From NCBI GenBank assembly GCA_030595125.1, contig JAUVDV010000021.1:5338-69337 (forward strand): a stretch of DNA of 64,000 nt. The letters run 5' to 3'. The stretch is from Deltaproteobacteria bacterium. GTDB taxonomy: Bacteria; Myxococcota_A; Polyangia; JAAYKL01. This document shows positions 55,708 to 64,000 of the stretch, in pieces; position 1 is the stretch's first letter; each line of letters opens with the position of its first letter. The translations under genes were made by a program, and so were the position numbers. The notes under the pieces were generated by a model. That model was not told the origin of the DNA. It was given only the letters and a program-made list of their open reading frames with translations, and searched no databases.

Positions 55708-55790
55708 TTGTTCGGTTACTTTAAATAAAAGTAAGGCACGTTTTGGTTGGGGCGAGGGGAAAGTAGCTGTACACTTTCCCGACGGTAAGA

Positions 55791-56345
55791 ATGCTGAGAG
55801 CTGTTACTTTGGAAGCAGACTCAAAAAACGAGGCCCGCAAAGATCCCAATGAAAAGGGGCTCCTGCGTCGCATCGTGTCGAAGCTCCTGGATATCGTCAG
55901 GCAGAAGGATCCTCCACACAAGATTGCGCTGGGCCTGGCCCTTGGCATCTTTGTGGGGTTCCTTCCGATCATGGGGATCCAGATGGTGGTTGTGTCCCTC
56001 ATCGCGATCCCGCTCCGGGCCAACCTCAAGGGCGCCCTGGTGGGCGTATGGATGAGTAACCCTCTCACGTTCATTCCTCTGTACTACGGCAACTACCTCT
56101 TTGGTCGAATATTCGTTTCAACCCAGGCGGTGGGGTGGAAGGAGTTCGCCGGGACTATCACCCACGCCTCCGACTGGAGCTGGACGACCATCCGATCGAG
56201 TCTTGCAAATCTGGTGGACATGGGCTCCGATATTCTATTGCCCTTGTGGGTGGGCTCCGCCATCCTGGCCGTGCTCTTCAGCATTCCCGTTTACTTTTTT
56301 ACATACCGTTTTGTAGTCACGTATCGCGCACGCAGGGCGATTTAG
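55791..56345 (+). CDS. DUF2062-domain membrane protein
   Basis: ALGLALGIFVGFLPIMGIQMVVVSLIAIPLRANLKGALVGVWMSNPLTFIPLYYGNY pattern characteristic of DUF2062. Confidence 0.55.
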   Translation: MLRAVTLEADSKNEARKDPNEKGLLRRIVSKLLDIVRQKDPPHKIALGLALGIFVGFLPIMGIQMVVVSLIAIPLRANLKGALVGVWMSNPLTFIPLYYGNYLFGRIFVSTQAVGWKEFAGTITHASDWSWTTIRSSLANLVDMGSDILLPLWVGSAILAVLFSIPVYFFTYRFVVTYRARRAI

Positions 56346-56366
56346 AACGAGGAGGGATACCAAGAC

Positions 56367-56924
56367 ATGCTGCCCACGAAAAAGGAAATCACCATCGACG
56401 CGGACAAGTGCACCGGCTGTCACGGTTGCGAGATGGCATGCTCCATCAAGCATTTTCTGGTGTGCGGAACGCACTACTCCCGGATTCGCATCCAGGAGTT
56501 TCGCGAGGTCAACACTTTCGTCCCAATCAAGTGTCAGGCATGTGAGGACGCGGCGTGTATGGAGGTCTGTCCGATGACAGCGCGCGTTCGACAGGAGAAC
56601 GGCGCCGTGGTGACCGATCCGCTCAAGTGCATCAGTTGTCACGTGTGTATCCAGGCCTGCCCGTTCGGAGCGGTGGTCGTGAATCCCACCGACGGCAAGA
56701 CCATGAGCTGCGATCTCTGTGACGACGACCCCATGGGACCCTGGTGTGTCAAGGCGTGCACCATGCAGAAGGCGTTGCGGTTCGTGGACGCAAGGGACGC
56801 GGCCCGGGGCAGAGCCAGGGAATGGGCTTCAAAGTTGAAGGTCGAGTTCCAGCCGCCGGGATCCGCGCAGGAGGAGACGGAGTTCGAGTTTAGTTTCTGC
56901 ACGGATGGGGGGAAGGAGCAATGA
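56367..56924 (+). CDS. 4Fe-4S dicluster ferredoxin (AOR electron-transfer partner)
   Basis: CTGCHGCEMAC, CQACEDAACMEVCP, CISCHVCIQACP, CDLCDD...C motifs; stop overlaps the AOR start (ATGA). Confidence 0.75.
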   Translation: MLPTKKEITIDADKCTGCHGCEMACSIKHFLVCGTHYSRIRIQEFREVNTFVPIKCQACEDAACMEVCPMTARVRQENGAVVTDPLKCISCHVCIQACPFGAVVVNPTDGKTMSCDLCDDDPMGPWCVKACTMQKALRFVDARDAARGRAREWASKLKVEFQPPGSAQEETEFEFSFCTDGGKEQ

Positions 56925-58975
56925 TGCACGGATTTATGGGACGCAGACTCAGGCTGGATATGACCAGGCTAACATACGAGATCGAAGATCTCCCCTCCGA
57001 CTATTACCAAAAATGGATCGGTGGGCGCGGCATGAACTCGGAGGTTGTGTACAACGAGACGTGGCAGGGCATGGATCCGTACGATCCGGCCAACCCGCTG
57101 TGCTTTGTGTGCGGTGCCCTCGGAGGAACCTTCGCGCCGTTGTCGGGCAGGGTAACGGTGAGTACGCGCTCGCCCATGACATGCTCCGTCATGGGGACCG
57201 ATATTCACGGGCACGGCGACACCAACATGGGCGGTTCGTTCGGGCCAATGATGAAGTACGCCGGCTACGATCAGATCATCGTCAAGGGGCGGGCGGACAG
57301 GCCCACATGGGTAGTCGTCAACGACGACAAGGTCGAGTTCCGCAGCGCTCACGGTCTGTGGGGAATGGAGGTCAAGAAGGCCACCCTCAAGATCATGAAA
57401 GAGCTGGACGATCCGGACGTCCGCGTCTCCATTATCGGCCCCGCCGGGGAGAAGATGGTGCGATTCGCGTGCGTCATGAACTCCTTCAGCGCTTCCGGCG
57501 GAAGGACCGGGATGGGTGCGGTGATGGGGTCCAAGAATCTCAAGGCCATCGCGGTCAAGGGTTCGAAACCGGTGACCATCGCGCAGCCCGATGAGTTTAT
57601 CAAGGCGGCCTGGGCGTTGCGCGAGAAAGTTCACGTGTCGCCGTCGGCCATCCGCAGGCGTTACGAGGGGACCATGGACCTGTTCGACGCGGGCAACGAC
57701 ATCGGTATCAGCGCCCACAAGAATTGCTCCACGGGCTACATGAAGGACATCGAGAAGATATTCGGCGGGGTCCAGTGGGCCGATGAGTTCCTGTTTCGGC
57801 GCAAGGCGTGCTGGTCGTGCCCGGTGGCGTGCGGCAGGTACACCTACATAAAGGAAGGCAAGTGGGCGGGCTTCCATTGTGGTGGCCCCGAGATGGAGAG
57901 CGTATGCGCTTTCGGACCGAGAATCGACTCCACGGACGTGGCGGGGGTAAACGTGCTGTGCGGTCAGGCAAACGAGCTGGGCATGGACAGCATCTCTGCG
58001 GGCGCGGCTCTCTCGTGGACCATGGAGGCGTTTGAGAAGGGCTACATCACAGAGAAGGATACGGGTGGAATCAGGCTGGAGTGGGGGGACATCGAGACCT
58101 CCATGAAGGTGCTCGATATGATAGCCCGCAGGGAGGGTTACGGCGATCTACTGGCCGAGGGCAACATTCGCGTGGCCGAGAAGCTCGGCGTGGGCATGGA
58201 TATCGTGCCCCACTGTCGCGGTCTCGAGCATATCAGCGTCGATCCGAGGATCGCGCTGGGGTTCAGCCTGGGATACGCCATGTCCACCCGCGGATCGGAC
58301 CACCTCAAGAACTACTCCTGCCTGGAGTTTCCCGGTTGTGCCCAGAGCCGCGCGTACCAGATCGATGAGATCTTCGACGCCGACGGGGCAAAGAAGTTCT
58401 GGGACAACTTCCCTTCCCAGATGTACGAGATCGACACCAAGCCCGAGTTGTGCACCTGGTCCGAAAAGAACAAGTGCGTGTCCGATCTCGTGGGATGCTG
58501 CTGCCAGGCCATCGGATCGTGGGGAGGCGCCGGAGATTGGAAGGAGGCGTACACCCCCATGTTCCGTTACGCCACGGGTCTCGATCTGAGCGACGAGGAG
58601 ATCTTCCTGGGCGCGGAACGGGTGATCAACATCGAGCGCGCTCACTGGTGCAGGGACGGAAGCGCCCGGCAGGACGACACCCATATCGACCGCTATTTCG
58701 ACGAGGGCGTGGCGGATGGTCCGTACAAGGGGATGAAGCTCGATCGCGATGAATGGGCGTGGGCACAAACCGAGTACTACAAGTTCCACGGATGGGACAG
58801 GGACGGGTTCATCAGTCCTCAGAAGGCCACAGAACTCGGCATCGAGAACATCATTCCCGACATGGAGGTCGGCAAGAAGATCTACAACGCCTGGCTGGAC
58901 GAACACGGCCTTCGGCCCAAACCCAAACCCAAACCCAAGGCCAAACCCAAAGCCAAAAAACGTACCCGCAAGTAG
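56921..58975 (+). CDS. aldehyde:ferredoxin oxidoreductase (tungsten/molybdopterin AOR family) with Lys/Pro-rich C-terminal tail
   Basis: AOR N-terminal domain (YYQKWIGGRGMNSEVVY...GALGGTF), pterin-binding E..H and C-ligand regions, ending RPKPKPKPKAKPKAKKRTRK. Confidence 0.85.
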   Translation: MMHGFMGRRLRLDMTRLTYEIEDLPSDYYQKWIGGRGMNSEVVYNETWQGMDPYDPANPLCFVCGALGGTFAPLSGRVTVSTRSPMTCSVMGTDIHGHGDTNMGGSFGPMMKYAGYDQIIVKGRADRPTWVVVNDDKVEFRSAHGLWGMEVKKATLKIMKELDDPDVRVSIIGPAGEKMVRFACVMNSFSASGGRTGMGAVMGSKNLKAIAVKGSKPVTIAQPDEFIKAAWALREKVHVSPSAIRRRYEGTMDLFDAGNDIGISAHKNCSTGYMKDIEKIFGGVQWADEFLFRRKACWSCPVACGRYTYIKEGKWAGFHCGGPEMESVCAFGPRIDSTDVAGVNVLCGQANELGMDSISAGAALSWTMEAFEKGYITEKDTGGIRLEWGDIETSMKVLDMIARREGYGDLLAEGNIRVAEKLGVGMDIVPHCRGLEHISVDPRIALGFSLGYAMSTRGSDHLKNYSCLEFPGCAQSRAYQIDEIFDADGAKKFWDNFPSQMYEIDTKPELCTWSEKNKCVSDLVGCCCQAIGSWGGAGDWKEAYTPMFRYATGLDLSDEEIFLGAERVINIERAHWCRDGSARQDDTHIDRYFDEGVADGPYKGMKLDRDEWAWAQTEYYKFHGWDRDGFISPQKATELGIENIIPDMEVGKKIYNAWLDEHGLRPKPKPKPKAKPKAKKRTRK

Positions 58976-59094
58976 GGGCGATGCCGGCAAACATATTCCC
59001 AATTCGTGCCCCCCTGAATGTGTTAATATCGTCAAATACAAAAACAAAGATGGTGGCGACAGGAATTCGCCGCGCTTCATGGGGAGGAAATCTC

Positions 59095-62000
59095 ATGTCT
59101 TCGATTTTCCGAAACACGATGGTCCGGTTGTCCGTGCTCGGGTTGGTGTTGGCGATGGTGGGATGCGCGGACGAAGAGGATGACGGCTCCACTGGCGGCG
59201 GTGCCGTCGGGGGCAGCGCGGTAGTCGACGACCAGGCGCTCGCGGATGCGCCGGACGTGTCGGCGCCGTTCGACATCTCGGCGGTGATCCGCCAGGTGCA
59301 CTTCGCGTTTCGACCCGACGGCGACGGGTTCAAGGGTGGGCACGACACCTACTCGGTACGAGTGGATCGGAAGGGCGCGATCACGGTGACACCGTACATC
59401 GCACAGGAGAACATCGTCGCGGGTGCCCCGGCCACCTTCGAGACCGTGTCCGTGGAACGGCGCCAGGGTCGGCTCGACTTCGTCGCCGCCTCGCCGACGG
59501 GTCGACAGGACGGCGGGCTGGAGATGCCACGCGGCCCGGCGCGGGAGATGCTCAAGAACTCCGAAGAAGGCGTCGAACAGAGCTGGAGCTTCGAGAGCGA
59601 GCCGGCAGGGGACGGCGATCTGACGATACGGGTTCGCGTCACCGGCATGGATTACTCCGACCGAACCGAGCACGGACTTCATTTTCAGGACAGCGGGACC
59701 GGTCTGGGATTCAGGTACGGCAACGCGACCTGGATCGATGCCGAGGGAAACGAAACCCGTGTGATACCGGGGTATCGAAACGGTGAGGTCGTGATGTCGG
59801 TGCCGGCGGAGGTGCTCGCTGTCTCGAGCTATCCGGCAGTGCTGGATCCCGTGATCGGTCCAGAGTTCGGGATGGACCAACCGGTTTATACTCCTACGTA
59901 CTACGATCAAGACTTTCCCAAAATCGGGTCGGACGGGAGCGATTATTTCGTCGTTTGGCGGGACAACCGTGCCAACGACAGGTCGATTATAGGGACGCGA
60001 GTTACTCCGGCGGGAGTGGTTCTCGATCCGTACGGAATCGATATATCGCTGAGCACCCAAGGCCAGAATTCCCCTGCCGTCGCCTTCGGCGGAACTCACT
60101 ACCTGGTGGTCTGGAGGGATTCGCGCAATCCGAGTTATGACATCTACGGCGCCCGGGTCGATACCAACGGTGTCGTGCTCGACGAGGAAGGTATTCCGAT
60201 CTCGACGGCGCCGGGCCATCAGGACTTACCTCGTATCGCCTACGACGGCTCCAGGTTCCTGGTGGTCTGGGAAGACCAGCGAGACTACGCGACTACCCAG
60301 GATGACATCTACGGCGCCCGGGTCGATAATGCCGGTGTCGTGCTGGACACCGGCGGGATCGCCATATCGACGGACACAGACTATCAGCGGTCCCCGGCAG
60401 TCTCGTGCGGCGGGACCAGCTGCCTGGTCGTCTGGAATGACAACCGCGCCGACTCCAATTCGAGCTGGGATATCTATGGGGCCAGGGTGACCACCACTGG
60501 AACCGTCCTCGACCCCGCAGCCTTCTCCATCTGCGAGCATGTGCACGACCAAGACAGCCCAACCGTTGCGTTCGACGGGACCAACTACCTGGTGGTGTGG
60601 AGGAGAAACAGCACCGTGTATGGGGCCAGGGTGGCCCCGGACGCCAGCGTGTTGGATAGCGATGGTTTCGTCATCTCGACGCTGTCGACCGGCTATTATC
60701 CAGCCGTCGCGTTCTCAGGAGTTGTCTATCTGGTGGTCTGGGTTTGGGGCGGTGATATTCGCGGAGTCCGGGTCAGCACCGGCGGCAGCGTGCTCGACGC
60801 GGCAGATATCGTCATCTCTGCGGCGCCCAGCACCGAGCTATATCCGGAGGTCGCGTCGGCCGGAGGCGGTTTCCTGGTGGTCTGGCAAGACGACGACGGC
60901 TTCTGGCCCACCGGGCTCGACATTTTTGGAGCGCGGGTCGGCGCCGACGGCGCCGTCCTCGATCCGACGCCGATCGAGATCGCACAGGGTGCCAACGACC
61001 AGGAGAGCCATGCGGTGGCCTACGGCAGCGACATGTATCTGGTCGTCTGGAGGGACAACCGTAACTACCCGGTCACCGACGACGATATCTACGGCGTTCG
61101 CGTCGACAGCTCCGGGACCGTGCTCGATCCCACGGGAATCGCGATCTCGACTGCGGCCGACGAGCAGGACAGTCCTGCGGTGGCCTTCGACGGGGTAAAC
61201 TTCCTGGTCGTCTGGGACGACAATCGGGTCGGATACCAGGTCAAGATATACGGGACCCTGGTCGGCACTGACGGGGTCGTCGACGAGGTGGACGGCTTCT
61301 ACATTGCACACTACAGCAGCGTCTTTGATGCCGACTGTTTCAACCCTGACGTGGCGTTCGACGGAAACGTTTACCTGGCTGTCTGGCAGGTAGAGAGTGC
61401 TCTAGTGTATGGCAGGACGATCAGCACCGAAGGCGCGCTTCTCGGAGAGCATTTCCCTATCAGCGATAGCAGCGGCGACGACCAGTGCAATCCCAGGGTC
61501 GCGGCCAACGGCGCGCAGTTCCTGGTCGTCTGGGATGACGAGCGCAACTTCTCGACCAACGGCTGGGACATATACGGCGCCAGGGTGAGTTCGATCGGCG
61601 GCGTCCTCGACACCGTCCCGATTCAGATCTCGGACGTCATGAGCGATCAACTGTCACCATCGATCGCCGCCGACGGAACCAACTACATGGTCGTCTGGGA
61701 CGACAAGCGCTTCTCGGCCAACCCCGACATCTACGCCGGCAGGCTCGACACCAGCGGCAACGTTCTGGACGGTATCGGGGTCGCCATCGCGGCCACCGTC
61801 GGATCACAGACGTCGCCCACCGTCGCATTCGACGGGACGGATTTTGTCATCGCCTGGCAGGACGGACGCAACTACAATACCACCGGGTACGATATCTGGG
61901 GGGCCCGAGTCGATTCGTCGCTGACGGTCCTCGATCCGGCGGGGATCGAGCTCTCGGCGGAGAACTTCATGGAGTACCATCCCGAGCTCGCCTCCAACGG

Positions 62001-63993
62001 GGCGGGCACCTCGCTGCTCACATACAAACGCCATCTGGCGGACCTATTCAACCAACGCGTCAGGGCCAGGTTCTTCGACAACCAGAGCAACCTTCCCAAC
62101 GGCGATTCGTGCTCGGGCGACGGGATGTGCCTCAACGCCCACTGCGTCGACGGGGTCTGCTGCGACATCGAGTGCGGGGGCAACGATTTCACCGACTGCC
62201 AGGCGTGTTCGATCGCGACTGGAGCGGCGGTCGACGGCGTCTGCGCCACCCTGGCGATCACGCACGAATGCCGTCCCTCCACCGGAGACTGCGATGTAGC
62301 AGACTATTGCGACGGGACGAACACGGACTGCCCGGCCGATGCGATCCTGGAAAGCGGAGAGAGTTGCGACGATAGCGACGATTGCACCCACACCGACGGC
62401 TGCCAGTCCGGGGGCGTCTGCCAGGGGACGGCGTACACCTGCACCTCCGAGGATTGCCTGGCGCGCGCCTGCGATGGTGTCGGTGGCTGCAACGATACGC
62501 CGCTACCCGATACCACTATTTGCGGCACCGCGGCCTGCACGGCGGATTACTGCGTCGGTTTGACGTGGCATGATTATGGCGCCACCTGCGACCTGTACTG
62601 CGACGGGTTCGGAGCATGCGAATCCACCTGCACCTGCACGCCTGCAGACACGGTCTGTGACGTGGGATCGAGCAACGAGTGTTGCGCTGCCCAGTGCGAC
62701 GACGTGGCCGGCTGCTCGACAACGGCCGGGGCATGCGCCGACACCTGCGGCACCACGCTGCTCGCGGTCGGACGCACCTGCGCGGGGTGCGGCGCCAATA
62801 ACGCCGACGGCACGTGCGGCGGCGGCACGGCGTACGACTGCAACGGTACCGTTCACTCTCTGTGTCAGGAGATCTCGTGCGGCGGCACGACCTACTACTG
62901 CACCGAGGTGGGGAGCGTCTGGCAGTGGCGCACGGCAACAGCGTGCGACGACGGCGACGATTGCACGTTCACCGATATCTGCAGCGCAAGCGCCTGTAGC
63001 GGCACCGCGTACACCTGCACCTCCGAGGACTGCCTGACGCGGACCTGCGATGGCGTCGGCGGCTGCAACGTGACGCCGCTACCCGATACCACCATCTGCG
63101 GCACTGCGGCCTGTACGGCGGATTACTGCGTCGGTTTGACGTGGCACGACTATGGCGCCACCTGCGACCTGTACTGCGATGGGTTCGGCACATGCGAATC
63201 CACCTGTACCTGCACACCGGCAGACACGATCTGCGACGTGGGATCGAGCAACGAATGTTGCACGGCCCAGTGCGACGACGTGGCCGGTTGTTCGACAGCG
63301 GCCGGGGCCTGCGCTGACACCTGCGACCCCGCGCAGCTCTCGGTCGGAAGCACCTGCGCGGGGTGCGGCGCCAACAACGCCGACGGCACCTGCGGCAGCG
63401 GCGCGGTGCTGGAGTGCAGCGGAACAACCCACACCGAGTGCGAGTCGGCATCGTGTGACTCCACGACCTACTACTGCACCAACCTTGTATCCACCTGGGA
63501 GTGGCGCGATGCGCCGGACTGTGACGATGGCGATCCGTTTACCTACGACGACGTCTGCGGCGACGGAGGTGTCTGCGCGGGTGAGGTGGACGCCGGGACG
63601 GACACAGACACGGACACGGACACAGACACGGATACAGACACCGATACAGATACGGACACTGACACCGACACAGACACCGATTCCGACACAGATACCGATT
63701 CCGATACGGACACCGATTCCGATACAGATTCCGACGGCTGCACCAATGGCGCCACCCGGTGCGCCGAGGACATCGTCCAGCATTGTGAGAACGGAACCTG
63801 GAACGACTGGAGCGACTGCGTCGTCCAGGGGATGACCTGTGTCATGATCGATGGTGTGGCCCAGTGTGTAGGCGACGACGGCAGCGGCAAGGACTCGGAC
63901 TCCTGCGGATGCCGTGCGATCGGTGGTGGTTCTTGGGAAGGCAAGAGCTTCAACCTGATTACCTTACTGCTGCTGGTGTTGTTAGGAAACTGA
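59095..63993 (+). CDS. giant (1632-aa) secreted lipoprotein: >=13 copies of a ~47-aa DIYGARVD...VLD...PAVAFDG.NYLVVW repeat, two tandem ~195-aa Cys-rich modules, TD linker, MYXO-CTERM-like tail
   Basis: MSSIFRNTMVRLSVLGLVLAMVGC lipobox with SD ggagg upstream; periodic repeat; Cys-rich CDDxDDCT.TD.C...TAYTCTSEDC modules; C-terminal ...CGCRAIGGGSWEGKSFNLITLLLLVLLGN. Confidence 0.7.
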   Translation: MSSIFRNTMVRLSVLGLVLAMVGCADEEDDGSTGGGAVGGSAVVDDQALADAPDVSAPFDISAVIRQVHFAFRPDGDGFKGGHDTYSVRVDRKGAITVTPYIAQENIVAGAPATFETVSVERRQGRLDFVAASPTGRQDGGLEMPRGPAREMLKNSEEGVEQSWSFESEPAGDGDLTIRVRVTGMDYSDRTEHGLHFQDSGTGLGFRYGNATWIDAEGNETRVIPGYRNGEVVMSVPAEVLAVSSYPAVLDPVIGPEFGMDQPVYTPTYYDQDFPKIGSDGSDYFVVWRDNRANDRSIIGTRVTPAGVVLDPYGIDISLSTQGQNSPAVAFGGTHYLVVWRDSRNPSYDIYGARVDTNGVVLDEEGIPISTAPGHQDLPRIAYDGSRFLVVWEDQRDYATTQDDIYGARVDNAGVVLDTGGIAISTDTDYQRSPAVSCGGTSCLVVWNDNRADSNSSWDIYGARVTTTGTVLDPAAFSICEHVHDQDSPTVAFDGTNYLVVWRRNSTVYGARVAPDASVLDSDGFVISTLSTGYYPAVAFSGVVYLVVWVWGGDIRGVRVSTGGSVLDAADIVISAAPSTELYPEVASAGGGFLVVWQDDDGFWPTGLDIFGARVGADGAVLDPTPIEIAQGANDQESHAVAYGSDMYLVVWRDNRNYPVTDDDIYGVRVDSSGTVLDPTGIAISTAADEQDSPAVAFDGVNFLVVWDDNRVGYQVKIYGTLVGTDGVVDEVDGFYIAHYSSVFDADCFNPDVAFDGNVYLAVWQVESALVYGRTISTEGALLGEHFPISDSSGDDQCNPRVAANGAQFLVVWDDERNFSTNGWDIYGARVSSIGGVLDTVPIQISDVMSDQLSPSIAADGTNYMVVWDDKRFSANPDIYAGRLDTSGNVLDGIGVAIAATVGSQTSPTVAFDGTDFVIAWQDGRNYNTTGYDIWGARVDSSLTVLDPAGIELSAENFMEYHPELASNGAGTSLLTYKRHLADLFNQRVRARFFDNQSNLPNGDSCSGDGMCLNAHCVDGVCCDIECGGNDFTDCQACSIATGAAVDGVCATLAITHECRPSTGDCDVADYCDGTNTDCPADAILESGESCDDSDDCTHTDGCQSGGVCQGTAYTCTSEDCLARACDGVGGCNDTPLPDTTICGTAACTADYCVGLTWHDYGATCDLYCDGFGACESTCTCTPADTVCDVGSSNECCAAQCDDVAGCSTTAGACADTCGTTLLAVGRTCAGCGANNADGTCGGGTAYDCNGTVHSLCQEISCGGTTYYCTEVGSVWQWRTATACDDGDDCTFTDICSASACSGTAYTCTSEDCLTRTCDGVGGCNVTPLPDTTICGTAACTADYCVGLTWHDYGATCDLYCDGFGTCESTCTCTPADTICDVGSSNECCTAQCDDVAGCSTAAGACADTCDPAQLSVGSTCAGCGANNADGTCGSGAVLECSGTTHTECESASCDSTTYYCTNLVSTWEWRDAPDCDDGDPFTYDDVCGDGGVCAGEVDAGTDTDTDTDTDTDTDTDTDTDTDTDTDTDSDTDTDSDTDTDSDTDSDGCTNGATRCAEDIVQHCENGTWNDWSDCVVQGMTCVMIDGVAQCVGDDGSGKDSDSCGCRAIGGGSWEGKSFNLITLLLLVLLGN

Positions 63994-64000
63994 CAAGGCC

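Noticed and set aside
58148-59080. 310-aa minus-strand ORF inside/antisense to the AOR gene; also 21863..23101 (antisense MATE), 20325..21620 (out-of-frame in KAS), 35862..37199 (antisense nuoF-like), 6974..7798 (antisense rluD-like), 31751..33088 (antisense OoxA-like), 59077..60219 (antisense giant lipoprotein)
   Set aside because: High-GC antisense/alternate-frame ORFs without motifs; each is fully covered by a well-supported gene on the other strand or frame.

Overview
High-GC (~62%) gene-dense bacterial chromosomal segment with coding on both strands. Proteome flavour suggests an anaerobic Myxococcota/Deltaproteobacteria-like lineage (inference only): FHA, WD40, FG-GAP and TSP3-repeat proteins, an S8 protease, a MYXO-CTERM-like tail, an AOR and a NuoEF-like module. 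Recognisable core genes: tsaE, RluA-family pseudouridine synthase, CapA-family protein, Fe(3+)-type ABC importer (ATPase/permease/SBP), FabF-like KAS, MATE efflux pump, glycerol kinase, dihydrolipoyl dehydrogenase, nitroreductase, PBP4/DacB-like, C69 dipeptidase, 4Fe-4S ferredoxin + aldehyde:ferredoxin oxidoreductase. Main observations: (1) a TlpA/redoxin-like lipoprotein with an in-frame UGA at the first Cys position of the redox motif (U-P-Y-C) followed by a bSECIS-like hairpin, i.e. a probable selenoprotein split by the ORF caller; (2) a five-gene operon with ATGA-overlapping starts that fuses a NuoE/NuoF flavoprotein module, a NuoG-like/MvhD-domain iron-sulfur protein and an OoxA/OoxB (HcnBC/sarcosine-oxidase/PDH-like) amino-acid/opine dehydrogenase pair, a candidate novel flavin-based electron-bifurcating/confurcating complex; (3) an ACP plus two paralogous radical-SAM genes in a translationally coupled operon, close to a FabF-like KAS, a MATE exporter and a B12-binding radical SAM; (4) a ~75-bp duplication of the radical-SAM 3' end flanking a 768-bp insert carrying an ORF6N-domain gene; (5) at least 10 lipoproteins sharing (Thr/Ser/Gly-Asp)n linkers encoded by (GACACN)n microsatellites; (6) two dispersed palindromic repeat families, one copy embedded in-frame in the S8 protease gene, plus an AT-rich island with 28-bp perfect terminal inverted repeats and iteron-like direct repeats. 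No rRNA, tRNA or CRISPR arrays were found.
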